Positions 8,092 through 11,722 of a stretch of DNA of 11,722 nt are shown piece after piece. The number at the start of each line of letters is the position of its first letter. Position 1 is the first letter of the stretch. Origin of the DNA: Archangiaceae bacterium. GTDB lineage: Bacteria > Myxococcota > Myxococcia > Myxococcales > Myxococcaceae. The translations under genes were made by a program, and so were the position numbers. Under the pieces are notes generated by a model. The model was not told where the DNA came from and did not search any database. It saw nothing but the letters and a program-made list of their open reading frames with translations. Where the stretch lies: positions 1 to 11,722 of the forward strand of contig JAYVCD010000278.1 of the NCBI GenBank assembly GCA_043750125.1. Direction: 5' to 3'.

Positions 8092-8159
8092 ACTGCTTGT
8101 GCGCCGCAAACCAGAGGCTGAGGAAACTGCTCGTCGGCTTGATGCGGAGTGTCCCGAAC

Positions 8160-8198
8160 CACGGGGCCGGTCAGTCCGACGACCGACCGAACCCCGTG
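8160..8198 (-). terminator. GC-rich hairpin downstream of tRNA-Lys (possible terminator or processing stem)
   Basis: CACGGGGTTCGGTCGGTC-GTCG-GACTGACCGGCCCCGTG, starting 22 nt after the tRNA 3' end. No clear U-tract. Confidence 0.4.
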
Positions 8199-8220
8199 AA
8201 ATCCTCGATGCTTGCGTCTA

Positions 8221-8293
8221 TGAGAGCGGAGGGAATCGAACCCACAACCTATGGATTAAGAGTCCATTGCTCTGCCAATTGAGCTACGCTCCC
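8221..8293 (-). tRNA. tRNA-Lys (anticodon CUU)
   Basis: GGGAGCGTAGCTCAATTGGCAGAGC, anticodon arm ATGGA-CTCTTAA-TCCAT, GGTTCGATT, CGCTCTC+A. No encoded CCA. Confidence 0.96.
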
Positions 8294-8320
8294 TTACGTC
8301 TTGGCGGTCGAAGCGCGCGG

Positions 8321-8349
8321 TGTCTAAAGGATCACCTTGTGGGTGTCAA
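8321..8349 (-). promoter_or_regulatory. Putative sigma70 promoter of tRNA-Lys, overlapping the lgt 3' end
   Basis: TTGACA-17 nt-TAGACA followed by GC-rich discriminator CCGCGCGC. Confidence 0.65.
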
Positions 8350-9105
8350 CGAAGTCCGCGGGCCCCGCGCAATCAGCCAGACCCCGACCGCAAAAACCAG
8401 AATCACCGTGTACTGACCGGGCGTGAGGCCTGCGTACCTCCGGTCCACAAAGCTCAGATCCGAGGCGCGCAGAAAATCGAGGAAGAAGCGGGGCACCGTG
8501 TACAGCACCGCCAGCAAGCCCATCAACGTGCCGGGGCGGGGGTGAGTTCGTTTCACGAGGAAGAGGACGACCGCGATCGTCATCAGCACGAACATGTCGT
8601 AGAGCCCCAGGTCGTGGCGGGGGCCGCCGGGGAAGTCGACCGCGAGAAAGAAATCCGTTCGGACGCCCGGGTGGTCGTGGACCAGGAAGCAGCCGAAGCG
8701 TCCAATCGACCAACCCACCGACGTGCCCAGCGCCAATGGGTCGAGGTAGGGGGTGAGTGGAATCTTCTCTTTACGGAAGTAGATGAAGATTCCAACCAGG
8801 GCGCCCAGCACGCCGCCCATCGAAGACAGGCCGTCCCACACCCGCACCACGACCCAGACGCTCGTCAACAGCTCGGGGTGGTAGGCGAAGATGTGCATGA
8901 AGTGGCCGCCGATCAGGCCGAAGCCCACCGCCCACGGAACCACGTCGCGCAGCGGCTGATCGGTGACCTTCGCGTAGGTGCGGGCTTCTTTGGCTGCCAA
9001 CCAGGCGCCGATGAAGACAGCGATGGCAGCGACGACTCCGAAGACGTCAATCTTCTGCCCGAACGGAAGCTGCAGCGCGGGCAGGTCTAGATAGGGGATG
9101 GTCAC
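8332..9105 (-). CDS. lgt: Prolipoprotein diacylglyceryl transferase family protein (divergent), 257 aa
   Basis: Multi-TM; RVWDGLSSMGG, DPLALGTSVGWSIGRFGCF, RHDLGLYD, LYTVPRFFLDFLR and GLTPGQ correspond to the Lgt motifs. GTG start. Confidence 0.9.
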   Translation of the reverse strand: MTIPYLDLPALQLPFGQKIDVFGVVAAIAVFIGAWLAAKEARTYAKVTDQPLRDVVPWAVGFGLIGGHFMHIFAYHPELLTSVWVVVRVWDGLSSMGGVLGALVGIFIYFRKEKIPLTPYLDPLALGTSVGWSIGRFGCFLVHDHPGVRTDFFLAVDFPGGPRHDLGLYDMFVLMTIAVVLFLVKRTHPRPGTLMGLLAVLYTVPRFFLDFLRASDLSFVDRRYAGLTPGQYTVILVFAVGVWLIARGPRTSLTPTR

Positions 9106-9120
9106 GTGGAGCCGCGGACC

Positions 9121-9678
9121 TTAGCGTTGGGTGCGCAGGCCGATGCCTTCAATCGCGTCAGGCTTCGCAGCCGGGCCCACCAGCTGAAGCCACCCTTCGC
9201 GCATGTAGGCCGCCGTCCCCAGCACCACGATTCCGATCACCACCGCTGAGCCCACCCGAATCGGAAACCCGGGCGCCCCGGCAGTCGCGGCCAGGACGAG
9301 CGCAAACAGCAGCAGACTGCCCGCCTTTCCGTGCCATCGGTGCTCGACGCGAACGGCCCGGTGCCGCAGCCAGACGCAGAGCCACCCGATGGCGAGCAGC
9401 AGATCTCGCAACAACAGCGAGCCCCACAACCACAGCGGCAGCGCGGTGAACGCCGGCTCGGCGAGCCAGGCCAGAAATGTCACTGTGGCGACCTGCGCCA
9501 GCTTGTCGGCCACCGCATCGAGAGTGGCCCCCACGTTCGAGGTCAGATGGAAGCGGCGCGCGATCAGCCCATCGAGGACGTCCGAGGCGCCCAGGACGAT
9601 CAGCACCACCAGCAAGGGCAGCGGGTTGACCGCGCCCCGTTCCATTCCCTTCGCCCGCTCCTGGAAGGCGAGCACCAT
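9121..9678 (-). CDS. CDP-alcohol phosphatidyltransferase (PgsA-like), possibly N-terminally truncated
   Basis: Complete signature DVLDGLIARRFHLTSNVGATLDAVAD (DxxDGxxAR-x8-GxxxDxxxD), also LLLRD and WHGK. Similarity begins near ALVPVW (~9696). The ORF-track N-terminus is out-of-frame RND sequence. Confidence 0.85.
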   Translation of the reverse strand: MVLAFQERAKGMERGAVNPLPLLVVLIVLGASDVLDGLIARRFHLTSNVGATLDAVADKLAQVATVTFLAWLAEPAFTALPLWLWGSLLLRDLLLAIGWLCVWLRHRAVRVEHRWHGKAGSLLLFALVLAATAGAPGFPIRVGSAVVIGIVVLGTAAYMREGWLQLVGPAAKPDAIEGIGLRTQR

Positions 9679-9694
9679 CCACACCGGAACGAGG

Positions 9695-10098
9695 GCGCTT
9701 CTGAACCAGCACGTAGAGGGTGGGAATGAACAGCAGGTTGACCCCCGTGGAAACGAACATTCCGCCGAAGACCGAAGTGCCCAGCGAGTTGCGAGCGGCC
9801 GCACCCGCACCGCTGGCCAGGGCCAGAGGGACGACTCCGAGCAAGAAGGCGATCGAGGTCATCAGGATGAGACGCAATCTCGTCACTTGCTCGACAGGCC
9901 CACCAGCATCACCAGCCCAATCTGACAAAAGACGTCGTTGGGAAACCCGCGCAGCAGCTGCAACCCCAGCGCGCCGAGGATGGCCAGGGGCACCGAAAGA
10001 ATGACCACGAACGGAAGCGCGAAGCTCTCGTACTGGGCGGCGAGGACGAGGAAGACGAACAGCAGGCCGATGGCGAAGATCAGCTCCTCTCCGGCCTG
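9695..10098 (-). pseudogene. Remnant of an AcrB/HAE1-family RND efflux permease (C-terminal TM region only, internal deletion and frameshift)
   Basis: Frame [39 protein letters not shown]...[18 protein letters not shown]-stop (TGA 9883-9885). Frame B: TRLRLILMTSIAFLLGVVPLALASGAGAAARNSLGTSVFGGMFVSTGVNLLFIPTLYVLVQ. The usual NAILIVEFA... segment between them is missing. Confidence 0.9.
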
Positions 10099-10119
10099 CC
10101 TGCACTCGACCGGTGAGAT

Positions 10120-10860
10120 TCAACAGTGCGCTCGGAGGGACTCGAACCCACGACCCTCGGCTTCGAAGGCCGATGCTCTATCCAGCTGAGCTACGAACGC
10201 GTCGGAAAAGGGCGACCTACCGGGCTTGAACCGGTAACCCCAGGATCCACAATCCTGTGCTCTGCCAGTTGAGCTAAGATCGCCATTACAATTTTGGCTG
10301 CAGCGAGGCGCTAGGTACCAACCGCGTCTGCTCCCGTCAACAACACACACAAACGTCTCCGCCGCTTTGGCGATTCGAAGCCAGGTAATTTCGGGGTGCT
10401 CGGCGATGTACTGCCGAAGCGTGAGGTCGATTTTCTTGCGCACCGGGCCCTTCAGCGGGCCCCAGCCGCCCAGCAAACCCGGGATTCCCAGCGCCTGCTT
10501 GGACCACTTCCAGAAGTCGAAGCGGTCGGTGTGCTTGAGGATCAGCCCGTCCTTGAACTCGAACGCGGCGTCGATGACGTTGTGGACCGGTCGCCCGTTG
10601 GCGGGGGACTTGTACTTCGCCTCCCAGTGCGCGCTGCCCGTCTGGTCGTCGGCGTGGACGTCGCAGAAGGTGCGGTCATTGGGGTCGGCCTTGCGCTGCC
10701 CAAGAAGCATCCACATCGCGCGGGCATCGAGGCCCTTGAGGGACGAAAACACCGGGTCCGAGAACGCGACGTCGGGGTGGTAGCAGGCCACCATTCCCTT
10801 CGGGTCCGAGTTCTTGAAGCAGGTGTAGAAGGTCTCGATCAGCTTCTCGTTGGGGTGCAT
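10120..10860 (-). CDS. SnoaL-like/NTF2-family protein (conserved part ~158 aa, 10387-10860) whose frame stays open through two tRNA genes
   Basis: MHPNEKLIETFYTCF...MVACYHPDVAFSDPVF...AMWML...GSAHWEAKY...GRPVHNVIDAAFEFKDGLILKHTDRFDFWKWSKQALG. SD GGAG before ATG 10860. First in-frame stop at 10120-10122. Confidence 0.85.
   Translation of the reverse strand: MHPNEKLIETFYTCFKNSDPKGMVACYHPDVAFSDPVFSSLKGLDARAMWMLLGQRKADPNDRTFCDVHADDQTGSAHWEAKYKSPANGRPVHNVIDAAFEFKDGLILKHTDRFDFWKWSKQALGIPGLLGGWGPLKGPVRKKIDLTLRQYIAEHPEITWLRIAKAAETFVCVVDGSRRGWYLAPRCSQNCNGDLSSTGRAQDCGSWGYRFKPGRSPFSDAFVAQLDRASAFEAEGRGFESLRAHC
10127..10200 (-). tRNA. tRNA-Arg (anticodon UCG)
   Basis: GCGTTCGTAGCTCAGCTGGATAGAGC, anticodon arm TCGGC-CTTCGAA-GCCGA, GGTTCGAGT, CGAGCGC+A. 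Confidence 0.95.
10211..10284 (-). tRNA. tRNA-His (anticodon GUG), including G-1
   Basis: G-1 plus GCGATCT/AGGTCGC+C73, anticodon arm CAGGA-TTGTGGA-TCCTG, T-arm ACCGG-TTCAAGC-CCGGT. Confidence 0.96.
10312..10340 (-). promoter_or_regulatory. Putative sigma70 promoter of tRNA-His/tRNA-Arg
   Basis: TTGACG-17 nt-TACCTA (preceded by TGG) and GC-rich GCGCCTCGC. Confidence 0.5.
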
Positions 10861-10904
10861 GGGCGCTCCGTTGGGAACGTCGGACCCTTGACCAGCCGCG
10901 CGTC

Positions 10905-11483
10905 TTATCGATCCAGGACGGAAGGGTTTGCCGGAAGGACCAGCCACTCTTCGGGGCATTGCGCCAGCTGCGGGTAATACTTGCCCGCGCTCTGGCAGTA
11001 GTAGTTGACCGGCGGCTCCTGAATCGGCTCGGCCACGACAGGCGCAGCCACCGGGTACGGGTAGACGGGGGTCGGGTACGAGTACCAGACGTCGTTGATC
11101 CCCCACCACCAACCCGCCTGACCCGCCCGCCAACCGTAGTACCAGGAACCACTTCGCCAGCCGGGAGTGCCGAACCGGATCACCCCCCCGGGGCCGCGGT
11201 AATAAGAGCGGGCATAGAAGCGCGGAAAATAAGCTGGAGCCCGAAAGTCGGGCCGGTAAACCGGCGCGGAAACGTGGAAGCCGCCCCCGTTGTAGCCGTA
11301 GCCGCCGCGATAGCTGCCGTGACCAAAACCACCGTAGCCGTGGGATGCGCTGCCGCCGTGCCAGCCCGATCCTCGCCCGTGGGACAATGCGATTGCAGGG
11401 ATGAGGGCCAGACAGGTGGCAAGAAGAATTGAAGTCCGTCGCAGCCGGCGACGCGAGTGAGCGGACGATTGAACTTCGATCAT
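10905..11483 (-). CDS. Putative secreted Gly/Tyr/Pro-rich protein with C-terminal YYC...YYP...CP motif, 192 aa
   Basis: SD GAGGT before ATG 11483; basic plus hydrophobic signal RRRLRRTSILLATCLALIPAIALS; GH/GY-rich tract; WWW...YPTPVYPYP; YYCQSAGKYYPQLAQCPEEWLVLP. Confidence 0.8.
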   Translation of the reverse strand: MIEVQSSAHSRRRLRRTSILLATCLALIPAIALSHGRGSGWHGGSASHGYGGFGHGSYRGGYGYNGGGFHVSAPVYRPDFRAPAYFPRFYARSYYRGPGGVIRFGTPGWRSGSWYYGWRAGQAGWWWGINDVWYSYPTPVYPYPVAAPVVAEPIQEPPVNYYCQSAGKYYPQLAQCPEEWLVLPANPSVLDR

Positions 11484-11647
11484 GGCGACCTCATCTGAGA
11501 ACACCTCTAATACCCTTCAACTCGAGGCGCAGCGACTGGCGAGGTGCGGGGCTGCTTATGGGTTCGAGGCGACCGCTTAATCCAGGGGAAGGACGCGGTC
11601 GTGCCCCGAGAGCACGGCCGACCCCACCGCGACCTCGTCCTACCAAG

Positions 11648-11721
11648 CGCGCCCGGCGGGACTCGAACCCACGACCCTCGGCTTAGAAGGCCGATGCTCT
11701 GTCCGGCTGAGCTACGGGCGC
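11648..11721 (-). tRNA. tRNA-Arg (anticodon UCU)
   Basis: Acceptor GCGCCCG/CGGGCGC+G, anticodon arm TCGGC-CTTCTAA-GCCGA, GGTTCGAGT. Confidence 0.95.
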
Positions 11722-11722
11722 T

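Noticed and set aside
8095-8130. CGCAAA...GGCTGA resembling part of a c-di-GMP-I riboswitch
   Set aside because: The P2 stem with its GNRA tetraloop is not evident, and no plus-strand gene follows.
9158-10123. 321-aa minus-strand ORF
   Set aside because: Only ~65 aa match an RND permease; the rest is out-of-frame read-through of the relic and the phosphatidyltransferase.
8221-10200. U-U mismatch in the T-stems of tRNA-Lys and tRNA-Arg(UCG), suggesting pseudo-tRNAs
   Set aside because: The same single mismatch occurs in both and all other cloverleaf elements are intact, so it is more likely a tolerated feature.
11596-11620. Hairpin downstream of tRNA-Arg(UCU)
   Set aside because: Imperfect on the transcribed strand with no U-tract; too weak to call a terminator in GC-rich DNA.

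Overview
GC-rich bacterial window, probably Myxococcota/Deltaproteobacteria-like (inferred from GC content, gene types and tRNA-tig layout, not proven). The backbone is a minus-strand series tRNA-Arg(UCU), tRNA-His, tRNA-Arg(UCG), tRNA-Lys(CUU), tRNA-Leu(UAG) and trigger factor (tig, cut by the window edge). Each gap holds a different accessory cassette. (1) A translationally coupled trio of a 63-aa Cys-rich protein and two YeeE/YedE-type membrane proteins, divergent from an NAD(P)H-binding protein. (2) selD with an in-frame UGA at the catalytic position and a SECIS-like hairpin, i.e. a selenoprotein that the ORF track truncates; it converges on an operon of a small Cys/Zn-ribbon ORF, TolC and an 819-aa membrane fusion protein carrying an N-terminal PqqD/RRE-like domain and a long 12-aa-repeat Pro-rich linker, with no adjacent pump. 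(3) An RND permease remnant joined to a CDP-alcohol phosphatidyltransferase, then a divergent lgt. (4) A secreted Gly/Tyr/Pro-rich protein and a SnoaL/NTF2 gene whose frame runs through two tRNA genes. All family calls come from reading motifs by eye; no searches were run.
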